20,852 bases of DNA from Opitutia bacterium (GTDB lineage Bacteria > Verrucomicrobiota > Verrucomicrobiia > Opitutales > Seribacteraceae): assembly GCA_002689665.1 (NCBI GenBank), contig NZEN01000065.1, positions 14,009 through 34,860 of the forward strand, in the 5' to 3' direction. The notes under the pieces were generated by a model. It was not told where the DNA came from and did not search any database. It saw only the letters and a program-made list of their open reading frames with translations. This document shows positions 1-9,461 of this stretch, piece by piece (positions within the stretch are counted from its first letter, which is position 1; the number at the start of each line of letters is the position of its first letter). The position numbers and the translations under genes were made by a program.

Positions 1-1029
1 GTTTGCACGGGATTGCTCTGCGTTAATTTGATGAATCCGGGTATTGTAGATGATAAGGTTCGGGAAAAAATGCTTTCCAGTGCATCCGAAAGCCAGTCAG
101 CCAAGATTGAAGGAGCGATCGACCATGCGGATAAAGGACTTCAAGGCCTGGTAGAAATTTTCCATCGGATGGTGCCTTCGAATTTGTTTAAGGCAGCCAC
201 CGAAGGACAGCTACTTGGATTGATCTTTTTCGGATTACTTTTTGGATTCTTTGTGTCACGCTTAAGTCTAAAGGCACGGGAGACGCAAGTTGCGTTTTGG
301 GAAAGTCTCAACGCGGTAATCCTCTCAATTACAAAGTTAATTATCTCCTTTGCTCCCATTGGTGTTTTTGGGTTAGTCACCCCTACCCTCATGCAGGTAG
401 GCTTTGAAACTCTTGGGGTCATGGGCAAATTCGCAGTTACTGTTCTCCTGGGATTAGCGATTCATGCGTTGGTCGTGCTACCGTTCCTTTTATGGATTCT
501 TGGGAAAATTAATTTCAAGAACCACTACCAGGCAATGGCTCCCGCTCTTTTGACCGCTTTCTCGACCGCATCCTCATCGGCCACTCTGCCTTTGACCATG
601 GATTGCATTCGAAAAAGAGCCGGTGTATCGAACAAGATTACGAGTTTTACTCTTCCATTAGGCGCTACTATTAATATGGACGGGACCGCCTTATTTGAAT
701 GCGTTGTGGTGGTTTTTCTAGCACAGCTTTTCGGAGTAGAAATGGGCTTTGTGACGCAATTCACGGTTGTCCTGATGGCACTTCTTACTTCGATTGGTGT
801 GGCAGGTATTCCTTCCGCCAGTCTGGTTGCAATCATCGTAATTCTTCAGGCTGTCGGCTTCCCCCCAGAGAGTATAGCCATGGGAGTTGGTATTGTCTAT
901 GTGGTCGATAGAATTTTGGACATGACCCGTACCGCAATCAATGTTTTTGGAGACAGCTGTGCAGCAGTCATTATTGGTAAGTCCGAAGGCGAGTCTGGTT
1001 ATTACGAGTCCTTGTCATCAGGCAAGTAA
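1..1029 (+). CDS. Dicarboxylate/amino acid:cation symporter (DAACS/SDF family, GltP/GltT-like), 5'-truncated by the window edge
   Basis: Frame 1 is open from nt 1, so the listed ORF 13..1029 only marks the first in-frame start. The protein is multi-TM and hydrophobic, with the family signatures AFSTASSSATLPLT, NMDGTAL and VDRILDMTRTAINVFGDS. Stop TAA at 1027-1029. Confidence 0.9.
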   Translation, partial: VCTGLLCVNLMNPGIVDDKVREKMLSSASESQSAKIEGAIDHADKGLQGLVEIFHRMVPSNLFKAATEGQLLGLIFFGLLFGFFVSRLSLKARETQVAFWESLNAVILSITKLIISFAPIGVFGLVTPTLMQVGFETLGVMGKFAVTVLLGLAIHALVVLPFLLWILGKINFKNHYQAMAPALLTAFSTASSSATLPLTMDCIRKRAGVSNKITSFTLPLGATINMDGTALFECVVVVFLAQLFGVEMGFVTQFTVVLMALLTSIGVAGIPSASLVAIIVILQAVGFPPESIAMGVGIVYVVDRILDMTRTAINVFGDSCAAVIIGKSEGESGYYESLSSGK

Positions 1030-1050
1030 CCAGGTATAATTGTAAAGTTT

Positions 1051-3093
1051 TTGGATTTTAAATTACAAGCTGACTACCAGCCTCAGGGGGACCAACCCGA
1101 GGCTATCCGAAAATTGGTGGACTCAGTTCGTAAGGGTAATCAAAAACAAACCCTTCTCGGAGTCACCGGTTCAGGAAAGACTTTCACGATGGCCAATATG
1201 ATTCAGGAACTGCAACGGCCTGCTTTGATTATATCTCATAATAAAACATTAGCAGCCCAGTTATACTCTGAGTTCAAGGCATTTTTTCCTGAAAATGCGG
1301 TGGAATATTTCGTGAGTTATTATGACTACTACCAACCCGAAGCCTATGTCCCGTCAACTGATACTTTCATCGAAAAAGATTCGTCCATAAATGAAGAAAT
1401 TGAAAGATTAAGACTCGCGGCAACCGGTTCCCTGATTAGTCGAAATGATGTCATTGTAATCGCCAGTGTTTCCTGCATTTACGGGCTTGGGTCTCCGGAT
1501 GATTTCCGGGCACTATCCATAGAAATCAAAGTCGGACAGGAACTGGAAAGAGACATTCTTTTGGAGAGCTTGATCGACAGCCTCTACAACCGCAATGATG
1601 TAGAACTCAAAGCCGGAAAATTCAGGGTTCGTGGAGATGTCGTGGATATTTTCCCTGCCTATGCGAATCAGCCCATCCGCGTGGAGTTTTGGGGTGATGA
1701 GGTCGAGGCGATTCGCGAAATTGATCCAGTTTCGGGTGAAACCTTGCAAACTTTTGAAAATTACCGGATTTATCCGGCCAATCAGTACGTAACAACAAAG
1801 GATAAAGTTGCGGGAGCCTGCAAAGCCATAGAAAACGAATTGGATGAACGGGTTAAATGGTTTGAAAAAGAAGCCCTACTCCTCGAAGCACAACGAATAC
1901 GTATGCGTACGGAATATGATCTGGAAATGCTTCGTGAGATCGGGTTCTGTAACGGCATTGAAAATTATTCCCGTCATCTGTCCAAGAGAAAACCAGGTCA
2001 GCGTCCCTGGTGTCTGATTGATTTCTTCCCGGATGACTTTCTATTATTTATCGATGAAAGCCATGTTAGCATTCCTCAAATAGGGGGTATGTATAATGGT
2101 GATTATTCCCGCAAAAAACGATTAGTCGACTTTGGCTTCCGACTTCCTTCTGCTCTTGATAACCGTCCTCTTAAACCAGACGAATTTGAGGAGGTCACCA
2201 AACAGACGGTCTATGTATCGGCTACACCCGCTGCTTTTGAAATAGAACGTTCTTCGATTGTGGTAGAACAACTTATTCGCCCAACTGGTCTACTTGACCC
2301 AGAGATGGAAAGGCGCCCAATTAAGGGACAAGTCGAAGATTCTATTCAAGAAATTAAAAAAACAGTAGCCAAAGGCTTCCGGGTATTGGTCACGACATTA
2401 ACCAAGAGAATGACAGAAGACCTGACTGATTTTCTTCGTGATCATAATGTTCGGGTAGAATACTTGCATTCTGATATCGATGCCATTGAAAGAGTTGAAA
2501 TTTTACGAAACCTGCGAGCCGGAGAGTTTGATGTTCTTGTGGGAGTCAACCTGTTACGGGAAGGTTTAGATCTTCCCGAAGTTGCATTAGTCATTGTCCT
2601 GGATGCCGACAAAGAGGGGTTTTTAAGAAGTGAAACCAGCTTAATTCAGACAGCGGGACGGGCAGCAAGACATGAAAAAGGCAGAGTCATCTTTTACGCT
2701 GATGTTATGACTCAATCTTTAACCAAAGCCTGGGAGACTTGTCAGTACCGCAGGGATAAGCAAATTGCATACAACGAGGAGCATGGCATTACACCCCGTA
2801 GTGTCATTAGGCCAGTGCAGGAAAGCCTGCGGGTAAAGAAAGAAGAGGAAGAAGACAATTTGGCTGTCGCCGAAGATGTATCTTCCAAGGATGCGAAGAA
2901 ACTCGCCAAAGAGCTAGAAAAGGAAATGATTGAAGCAGTCAAAAAGCTTGAATTTGAGAAAGCAGCCCTGCTTCGCGACCAAATCGCTTTCCTCAGGGGT
3001 GAGGGTGGAGAAAAAAGCCTTCAAAGCCAAGCGGTTGGGGGTTACAAAAAAACTAAATATGGTAAGCGTCGAAAATTCAGATCAAAAAAATAG
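1051..3093 (+). CDS. uvrB: Excinuclease ABC subunit B (UvrB)
   Basis: 680 aa. Typical N-terminus FKLQADYQPQGDQPEAI, Walker A GVTGSGKT, beta-hairpin region SYYDYYQPEAY, DESH box (FIDESHVSIPQ), helicase C motifs and a C-terminal UVR domain (LEFEKAALLRDQIAFL). The start is TTG at 1051. The K/R-rich tail is unusual but in frame. Confidence 0.97.
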   Translation: MDFKLQADYQPQGDQPEAIRKLVDSVRKGNQKQTLLGVTGSGKTFTMANMIQELQRPALIISHNKTLAAQLYSEFKAFFPENAVEYFVSYYDYYQPEAYVPSTDTFIEKDSSINEEIERLRLAATGSLISRNDVIVIASVSCIYGLGSPDDFRALSIEIKVGQELERDILLESLIDSLYNRNDVELKAGKFRVRGDVVDIFPAYANQPIRVEFWGDEVEAIREIDPVSGETLQTFENYRIYPANQYVTTKDKVAGACKAIENELDERVKWFEKEALLLEAQRIRMRTEYDLEMLREIGFCNGIENYSRHLSKRKPGQRPWCLIDFFPDDFLLFIDESHVSIPQIGGMYNGDYSRKKRLVDFGFRLPSALDNRPLKPDEFEEVTKQTVYVSATPAAFEIERSSIVVEQLIRPTGLLDPEMERRPIKGQVEDSIQEIKKTVAKGFRVLVTTLTKRMTEDLTDFLRDHNVRVEYLHSDIDAIERVEILRNLRAGEFDVLVGVNLLREGLDLPEVALVIVLDADKEGFLRSETSLIQTAGRAARHEKGRVIFYADVMTQSLTKAWETCQYRRDKQIAYNEEHGITPRSVIRPVQESLRVKKEEEEDNLAVAEDVSSKDAKKLAKELEKEMIEAVKKLEFEKAALLRDQIAFLRGEGGEKSLQSQAVGGYKKTKYGKRRKFRSKK

Positions 3094-3898
3094 ACCGTTC
3101 GTTGTCTTCCTCTTGTTTCTTTGGGTGGGTGTAAGTTCTTTATTAGGAGAACTTACCCAAAAGCGTCAGATGCTTTTCTATTTTGATAAGATCGAGGTAA
3201 ATGGTGCGGTTGATGTCTTTGTTACTCCTGGTCCAAGAAATGAAGAGGCACTAATTTTTGCGGACTCTGAGATAATGGATAACATCTCCCTCACGGTTCG
3301 GGAACGGGTATTATTTATCGATGCAAATAACACCTATGACATCAGCCGCAGACTTCCATTTATTAAGCTGCGAGCTGAAAGAATATTTCCAGTGGAAATT
3401 ATTATTCATACTGAAAAACTTTCTGAATTACGGTTAAATGAAACTGCCAACCTGACCGTGACGGATATTAGAACTCCAAAACTTTCAATTCACACGACAG
3501 GCAGTGGTCGTTTCCATCTGGAGAATGCTTCGGTCGATTCTCTTTCCGTCAGGCAGGATGGGAAGGGTCCGGTAATTCTTAAAGGACAGGAAGTAAGTAA
3601 CCTGGATCTATTGGTTATGAATGATGGCCCCGTTTGGGCTCAGTCGCTGCCCGTTGACCGAGCACGTATTTTACACCATGGAAATAAGAGCATTGAAATA
3701 AATTCACTGAAATTTCTTGATACAAGAATTTTTGGGCAAGGAAATGTTCTTCTACACAGTAAGCCAAAAAGCATTGTGGTCACTCAAAAAGGTACGGGAA
3801 AAGTCGTGGATGTACTCCCTGATGCACCCCAGCTGTATGACCTAAATGCAACTAGCCCTGTATTGCCTTTAAAAAGGGTATCTTTGAGAAGAAATTAA
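3059..3898 (+). CDS. Membrane-anchored DUF2807/GIN-domain (putative adhesin-head beta-helix) protein
   Basis: I prefer the ATG at 3059 because it gives MVSVENSDQKNRPFVVFLLFLWVGVSSLLG, an N-terminal signal or TM anchor. The body shows the repetitive beta-strand pattern typical of DUF2807 (FDKIEVNGAVDVFVTPGP..., LSIHTTGSGRFHLEN, LSVRQDGKGPVILKG). The family call rests on pattern memory, not a search. Confidence 0.55.
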   Translation: MVSVENSDQKNRPFVVFLLFLWVGVSSLLGELTQKRQMLFYFDKIEVNGAVDVFVTPGPRNEEALIFADSEIMDNISLTVRERVLFIDANNTYDISRRLPFIKLRAERIFPVEIIIHTEKLSELRLNETANLTVTDIRTPKLSIHTTGSGRFHLENASVDSLSVRQDGKGPVILKGQEVSNLDLLVMNDGPVWAQSLPVDRARILHHGNKSIEINSLKFLDTRIFGQGNVLLHSKPKSIVVTQKGTGKVVDVLPDAPQLYDLNATSPVLPLKRVSLRRN

Positions 3899-4740
3899 AG
3901 AGTAATCTCTTCTCCTTCTACAGCGGGCCTAGCATTTGCATTAATGGCCGCTGCCTCCTCAGCGATTTGATCCATACGATCATCACTGTGAGAAGGATCA
4001 TGGTGAAACAAAAATGTATTTTTTACATTGGCAGCTTCCGCAATCTTTAACGCTTCCTGCCAAGTAGAATGACCCCAACCCTTGAACTTGGGATATTCCT
4101 CATCGGTGTAAGCAGAATCATAAATCATAGCATCTGCATGTTCAGCTAGTGCCAGAACTTCATCATCCAACTTACCTTCATAATGCTCCGTATCCGTGCA
4201 AATAGCCAGTGACTTCCCACCATATTCTATACGATACCCACAAGCCCCATTCGGGTGGTTTAATTTACCGGTTTTGATAATAATTCCGTCTCCCAAGTCA
4301 AAAATTTTACCACAGGGATAATCATTAAAAGAACAGGCTTTTTCAATCAGGGCACTTGGCACAGGAAAAACGGGGTCTTTCATCAACATCGTCCCAACAA
4401 TACCAAGTAGATCATATTTCTGATCTCCCAGATGTCCTGCATGTAACCGAACATCACTCTCGGGATTGTAAAGAGGAGCAAAAAATGGGAGTCCCTGAAT
4501 GTGATCCATATGAGTGTGGGTAAAAAAGAGATCCGCGTTTAACAAATTTCCCTCTTCCAACATTATCTTTTTGCCTAAAAGCCTGATCCCCGTTCCTGCA
4601 TCGATAATGATTCTACGCTTGCCACAAGTAACCTCAAAACAAGTTGTATTACCTCCGTAGCGAACGGTATCTGGTCCTGGGCACGGAATGCTTCCTCTTG
4701 TTCCCCAGAACTTCAGGCGGATAGTGGATTCACTTGTCAT
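3895..4740 (-). CDS. MBL-fold metallo-hydrolase (Lactamase_B_2-like)
   Basis: 281 aa. HxHxDH zinc motif in FFTHTHMDHIQG, an N-terminal RLKFWGTRGSIP strand typical of this subfamily, and downstream His/Asp ligands (HAGH, CTDTEH, FHHD). Confidence 0.85.
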   Translation of the reverse strand: MTSESTIRLKFWGTRGSIPCPGPDTVRYGGNTTCFEVTCGKRRIIIDAGTGIRLLGKKIMLEEGNLLNADLFFTHTHMDHIQGLPFFAPLYNPESDVRLHAGHLGDQKYDLLGIVGTMLMKDPVFPVPSALIEKACSFNDYPCGKIFDLGDGIIIKTGKLNHPNGACGYRIEYGGKSLAICTDTEHYEGKLDDEVLALAEHADAMIYDSAYTDEEYPKFKGWGHSTWQEALKIAEAANVKNTFLFHHDPSHSDDRMDQIAEEAAAINANARPAVEGEEITL

Positions 4741-4811
4741 GTTTGAATTTTATAATGAGAAAAGCGAATATCTTGGCAACCTTCAAAATTTGCCCTCTTA
4801 TCTTCGAAGAT

Positions 4812-5792
4812 TTAACGATCTAGCCAAGTGCCTGTTTCATCTTGGTAAGAATCTGTCACCCGCCCATCTCCCCAATCATACTTTCCATCTAAGGCAAATC
4901 CATTTTTAAAAACACCGATATAAGTTGCACCGTTACCAAAATCTACGGTTCCCGCACCCTCCTTCAGTCCATCTGCCCAAGTACCAAAATATCGAACACC
5001 ATTTACCTGTTCTTCGATCCCAAACCCATTGGGCAAACCTTCTGAAAATTGCCCCGTGTATTTTGATCCATCGCTACTCAATAGCATCCCACTGCCAGAG
5101 TATTGATCATCCTCAAAATCTCCCACATACAGAGTTCCGTCTACTTTTTCCAGAATCCCCTTCCCATGGTAGGAATTAGCTAAAAATTCACCGGCGTAAA
5201 GATCACCGTTCGGGTTATTTATAAAACCTGACCTGTAACTTCCATCAGAGTTAAATATCCCGTTATATTCAGCCCCAAACGAATCTCTCGAAAAACCTTC
5301 TTCTAAAAAGTCCCAATTCCCGCGCCATTTTCCCGAACGAATAGAGCCATCACTACCTTGATAATCGCCATATTCCAATCTATCTTTTATCCATTGCCCT
5401 GTTACTCGCGACCCATCAGTCAAAACCAAGGTTCCATAGCCATTCCATTTATCGTTTGCCCACATACCAACATAACGGTCAATCAATTCATCTTGCTTAA
5501 ATCTGTAGGTGCCATGACCGTGTGCCCTCCCCTTTTGAAATTGACCTTCATATTCGTCGCCTTGTGGAAAGTCCTTTTTTCCATACCCATGCGGTTCTCC
5601 CCTCATCAATTCACCCGTATAAGTTGAACCATCCTCTAATGCCTGCTTGCCGGTTTGTGCCTTACGGAGTAAAACCTTTCCTTCCGACACTGATTGGTCA
5701 CTTTTAGGAAGAGGTGAACTATCCTCAGAGCAACTGCTAAGATAAATGAAATTAGCTATAAAACAAAGGCGTAAAAGATAATTTTTATTCAT
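4812..5792 (-). CDS. MORN-repeat lipoprotein
   Basis: 326 aa. Signal peptide with lipobox (FIYLSS|C). About 11 consecutive MORN-type repeats of the form Y-x-G-x-[FW]-x(3-5)-G-x-G (YTGELMRGEPHGYG, YEGQFQKGRAHGHG, YVGMWANDKWNGYG, YAGEFLANSYHGKG, YVGDFEDDQYSGSG, YTGQFSEGLPNGFG, YFGTWADGLKEGAG and others). The start lies 6 nt downstream of the gspF stop. Confidence 0.85.
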   Translation of the reverse strand: MNKNYLLRLCFIANFIYLSSCSEDSSPLPKSDQSVSEGKVLLRKAQTGKQALEDGSTYTGELMRGEPHGYGKKDFPQGDEYEGQFQKGRAHGHGTYRFKQDELIDRYVGMWANDKWNGYGTLVLTDGSRVTGQWIKDRLEYGDYQGSDGSIRSGKWRGNWDFLEEGFSRDSFGAEYNGIFNSDGSYRSGFINNPNGDLYAGEFLANSYHGKGILEKVDGTLYVGDFEDDQYSGSGMLLSSDGSKYTGQFSEGLPNGFGIEEQVNGVRYFGTWADGLKEGAGTVDFGNGATYIGVFKNGFALDGKYDWGDGRVTDSYQDETGTWLDR

Positions 5793-5798
5793 TAATAA

Positions 5799-7055
5799 TC
5801 AGTAACTGATACTTTTACTAACCTGAAAAATACTTGTGACAATAGAAATCGCAACAATTGCTACTAAAGAGAAGGCAAAACCCAATGCTGATCCAGAAAC
5901 AAGTGTGGTCATGACCTTGATTCGTTTGGTTAATCTAGTTCTAAATGAGCGACTGGAATCCTCTATACTATTACCTAAATTTCCAGTTTTCTCACCGACT
6001 TCGATCACATCCAATTGCATCAGAGGCATAAATTTATATTTCCTAAGTGCATCCGGAAGTGACTTTCCTTCGTTAACTAAGGCTCGTGCAGATCTGAATT
6101 GACTTCTCAAAAAGCGATTTTTGATTGTTTTTTCGCAGAGCCTCAGATTTTCAGTCAATCCAATCCCACTCCATATTAAGGTAGATAACAAACTGCTTAA
6201 CTGGAACATTTCCGAAAGGTAGAAAATGTCACCAAAAAGAGGAATGCGAAGTAAATTCTGATCGAAAAGAACTCCGCCTTTATCTGATTTACTCCATCTG
6301 TATAAAGCTCCACCTCCAACTAGAATTCCAATCAATACAAAAGGTCCAAATGTAAGTACCAAATTGGAACCATTAATCAAAACCTTGGCCATCATATTTA
6401 ATTCCCCACCCAAAGAATCGAGCATTTCCTCAATTTGAGGCAGGAGAAAAAATAAGAAGAAAAGAACTACCCCAAAAGCGACTGTGCCGACGAAAACAGG
6501 ATAGGTCATGCTGCTCAAAACTTTATTTTTTATTTCACGCTTCTCTTCAATGTGAAGAATAATCTTTGCGAGAATAGGAGCTAAATTTCCTGTTGCTTCA
6601 CCTGCTTCAACAACAAAAGTCGAAGACTCAGAGAAATACTGTGGCAATAGGCGCATAGCTCTTGAGAGCGTTCGTCCTTCAGCTAATTCTTTCCACAATT
6701 TACCCGCTATTTCTTTTTGATAAGGATCTGAAAGTCTGAGGTTCAACAATTTAACCGACTCTGCAATTGGCATTCCACTGTTATGAAGCTCGTGAAGTCG
6801 TTTAAGAAATTCTAAACCTAATCTTTCACCCTTTTGGCTACCCTTACCAATTACTTTCCCTTTGGACTGATTATTTGTTGATTCGTTTGCAACTTTTTTT
6901 TGCCCATTTTGACTATTACCTACTGCTTTTAATTTTAAAGGAGTGAGTCCCTTAACTTGCAGATTCTCTTTTGCCTCTTTGGAATTCTTGGCAAGGAGCT
7001 TACCGGAGGAAGATTTCCCCCTTTTATTGATTGCTACATATGTGAACTCACGCAT
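5799..7055 (-). CDS. gspF: Type II secretion / type IV pilus inner-membrane platform protein (GspF/PilC family)
   Basis: 418 aa. Family-typical N-terminus (FTYVAINKRGKSSSGKLLAKNSKEAKENLQVKGLTPLKL), two repeated cytoplasmic helical domains each followed by TM segments, and a position directly after the GspE ATPase. Contains a low-complexity insertion (NSQNGQKKVANESTNNQSKGKVIGKGSQKG). Confidence 0.9.
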   Translation of the reverse strand: MREFTYVAINKRGKSSSGKLLAKNSKEAKENLQVKGLTPLKLKAVGNSQNGQKKVANESTNNQSKGKVIGKGSQKGERLGLEFLKRLHELHNSGMPIAESVKLLNLRLSDPYQKEIAGKLWKELAEGRTLSRAMRLLPQYFSESSTFVVEAGEATGNLAPILAKIILHIEEKREIKNKVLSSMTYPVFVGTVAFGVVLFFLFFLLPQIEEMLDSLGGELNMMAKVLINGSNLVLTFGPFVLIGILVGGGALYRWSKSDKGGVLFDQNLLRIPLFGDIFYLSEMFQLSSLLSTLIWSGIGLTENLRLCEKTIKNRFLRSQFRSARALVNEGKSLPDALRKYKFMPLMQLDVIEVGEKTGNLGNSIEDSSRSFRTRLTKRIKVMTTLVSGSALGFAFSLVAIVAISIVTSIFQVSKSISY

Positions 7056-7107
7056 GGAGAGATTATATCAGAACTCTTATCAATTTAGGTGATTGCGGGT
7101 TATAAAA

Positions 7108-9441
7108 CTAAACTTCTTCCTCCACAACACCATCAGCATAACGAATTACCTCATCAAAGGTAGTTAAACCTCTTTTAATCTGTTGCCATCCACTTCCTTG
7201 CAAGGTGCTCATTCCCTCTTTCAGGGCAACTTCTCGTATATCAGGAGCGGATGCACTTTTAATCACAAGACTGTGAATCGAATCGCTCATTCTCATAAGT
7301 TCAAAGATTCCAACGCGACCTCGATAACCTAAGTTTTGACATTTCGGACACCCTTTAGCGTCTTTTACCTTATCCAGAAAGGTCTTTTCTGCTGGGTCAA
7401 TTTCGAGCAGAGATAAAGAAGCTAACAAATCTTTCTCAGTCATCTTCGTTGGCAAGCAACATTCCTGGCAAAGTCTTCTTACCAAACGCTGAGCAATCAC
7501 CATCTCAACCGAGGATGCGATCAAGAAAGGTTCAATTTCCATATCAACCAATCGGGTGATGGCACCCGGAGCATCATTAGTATGCAAGGTACTAAGAACT
7601 AAGTGACCGGTAAGGGAGGCCCGAATTGCAATATCGGCCGTTTCACGGTCACGAATTTCTCCAACCATGATTACGTCTGGATCTTGTCGGAGTATCTCCC
7701 GCAAAGCACTTGCAAAATTGAAACCAATCTCAGAATTAACTTGGGTTTGGTTAATACCAGCAACTTCGTATTCGACAGGATCTTCAACTGTCATAATCCT
7801 ACGCTCAGGTTTATGTATTTTACGTATAAAAGCTGTGAGGGATGTAGACTTCCCCGAACCGGTGGGACCTGTAACCAACACTATCCCGTGAGGCTTTTCT
7901 AGTACAGACACAATATTGCTCTCATCTCTTGGCAACAAGCCAAGTTCAGTCATGGATAAAGGTTGAGATTTTTCGTTTAGAAGACGCAAACTGATACTTT
8001 CCCCGTAAAGCGTAGGTAAAGTGGAGACCCGAATATCCAGATCACTTTGTCCATGAGAAAATGTAATCCTGCCACCTTGAGGCCTCCGTTTTTCGGAAAT
8101 GTTAATACCGGCCATAATTTTAATCCTGGATATGATCGCATCCTGAAAACTTCTTAAATTATCAGGAACCCGAACAGGAACTAGCTGACCGTCGATACGA
8201 TACCTTATCTGAAGAGTATCTTTATGGGGCTCAAAATGAATATCAGTTGCACGGTCGACAATTGCCTTTTGCACCACTTCATTCACAAAGCGAATGATCG
8301 CTGCATTCTGATCCTCCAAATCATCCTGTGTATCCTCTTCATTTTCATCATCGAGGTCAGAATCATCGAGACTATCTGATCCAATACCAAAGTTTTCAGT
8401 GATCGCTCCGATAACCATTTCAGGTAGCCCAAGGTACCAAATTGGCTTTCTTCCAGAGACAGCGTATACCCATCTACTCATTCTAGGAGTTGGAGGCCAA
8501 ACTGTAAGTAAATGAATCTTACCGTCATCTTTTGTATGACTGACTTTGTCCACTAACTTCTTTTGGTGGATTTCGCTTCCTTCCTTGAGAGTTTGTATCA
8601 ATTCCTCAGAGGAACAAGGTTTTGTCAAAATCTTGAATACTTTCCCTGAGTTAATGGCCTCCTTTGCAGTATCGAAATCAGAATGTCCGGTGATCAAAAC
8701 ACTGGCAATATCGGGATCTAATTTGTTTATTTCAGAAAGCATTTCAGAGCCGCTCATTCCAGGCATTCTCATATCTGACAATACCACAGAAAACCCGCCT
8801 ACTTTCTTGAAGATCTCGATCCCACTTTCGCCCCCCTTCGCGACATGGAGATCGAAGTATTTGCGCAAATTTAATTGGTACCCTCGTAAAATAGATTCAT
8901 CATCATCGACACACAGCACTTTTACTTTTTCCTCATGGATTGGCGACTGCTCTACCTCAACCGGTAAACTGCTAAATGCATGAATTAGTCGTAATGGAAA
9001 GTTCCTAGTAGGATTTTCAGCGAGTAAAAAATCATCAAGAAGTGGGAAGTTTTTTCTTTCTGAAATCGACTGCATCGTATGTTCTATACTCATAGAAACT
9101 TTGGCCGAGAGCAATCGGGCCCGATCTTCCAGTGGAGCGTTTTGAATATTTAGACGATCCAAGTCTGACAAATCTGGCCACCAGTCAAATCTTGCACCCG
9201 GATCATCACCTAATACCTCATACTTTTTTTCCTTTAGCCCTGAATCCTTTTTTTCTTTGGGTTGATCTTTGTCATTTGGCTTACGACCATTATCACTATC
9301 ACTTACATCTTCCTGCTCAACAGGTACTTTTTTATTCTGTAATCCTTCAATATGGAATGAGGAATTATCACCTCCTTTTTTCCTCTTTTTCTTTTTGGAA
9401 GAAAAAGTACTGGTGATAAATTTCGGACGAAGGATAGACAT
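7108..9441 (-). CDS. gspE: GspE/PilB-family secretion ATPase with an N-terminal low-complexity region and a CheY-like receiver (REC) domain
   Basis: 777 aa. ATPase half: Walker [10 protein letters not shown] (aa 524-532), Walker [11 protein letters not shown], His box [12 protein letters not shown], and tetracysteine site CQEC...CPKC. REC, aa ~173-288 (nt 8578-8925): [22 protein letters not shown] (acceptor D223), LITGH (T251), KILTKP (K274). Confidence 0.9.
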   Translation of the reverse strand: MSILRPKFITSTFSSKKKKRKKGGDNSSFHIEGLQNKKVPVEQEDVSDSDNGRKPNDKDQPKEKKDSGLKEKKYEVLGDDPGARFDWWPDLSDLDRLNIQNAPLEDRARLLSAKVSMSIEHTMQSISERKNFPLLDDFLLAENPTRNFPLRLIHAFSSLPVEVEQSPIHEEKVKVLCVDDDESILRGYQLNLRKYFDLHVAKGGESGIEIFKKVGGFSVVLSDMRMPGMSGSEMLSEINKLDPDIASVLITGHSDFDTAKEAINSGKVFKILTKPCSSEELIQTLKEGSEIHQKKLVDKVSHTKDDGKIHLLTVWPPTPRMSRWVYAVSGRKPIWYLGLPEMVIGAITENFGIGSDSLDDSDLDDENEEDTQDDLEDQNAAIIRFVNEVVQKAIVDRATDIHFEPHKDTLQIRYRIDGQLVPVRVPDNLRSFQDAIISRIKIMAGINISEKRRPQGGRITFSHGQSDLDIRVSTLPTLYGESISLRLLNEKSQPLSMTELGLLPRDESNIVSVLEKPHGIVLVTGPTGSGKSTSLTAFIRKIHKPERRIMTVEDPVEYEVAGINQTQVNSEIGFNFASALREILRQDPDVIMVGEIRDRETADIAIRASLTGHLVLSTLHTNDAPGAITRLVDMEIEPFLIASSVEMVIAQRLVRRLCQECCLPTKMTEKDLLASLSLLEIDPAEKTFLDKVKDAKGCPKCQNLGYRGRVGIFELMRMSDSIHSLVIKSASAPDIREVALKEGMSTLQGSGWQQIKRGLTTFDEVIRYADGVVEEEV

Positions 9442-9461
9442 GGTTTATCTCAAATATTAAA

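Noticed and set aside
2930-3058. N-terminal 43 codons of listed ORF 2930..3898
   Set aside because: This part lies entirely inside the well-supported uvrB coding sequence in another frame and is K/R/S-rich nonsense. The in-frame ATG at 3059 yields a sensible signal or TM start.
4801-4810. 10-nt palindrome TCTTCGAAGA immediately downstream of the MORN gene stop, considered as a terminator
   Set aside because: A perfect palindrome with no loop cannot form a stable hairpin, and no U-tract follows in the minus-strand direction. The nearby GGCAA-N10-TTGCC pairing is too weak.
4812-5792. Possible DNA-level tandem repeats underlying the MORN repeats
   Set aside because: The repetition is visible only at protein level (the Y-x-G...G-x-G pattern). 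The repeat units differ in length and codon choice, and I see no extended nucleotide identity between units.
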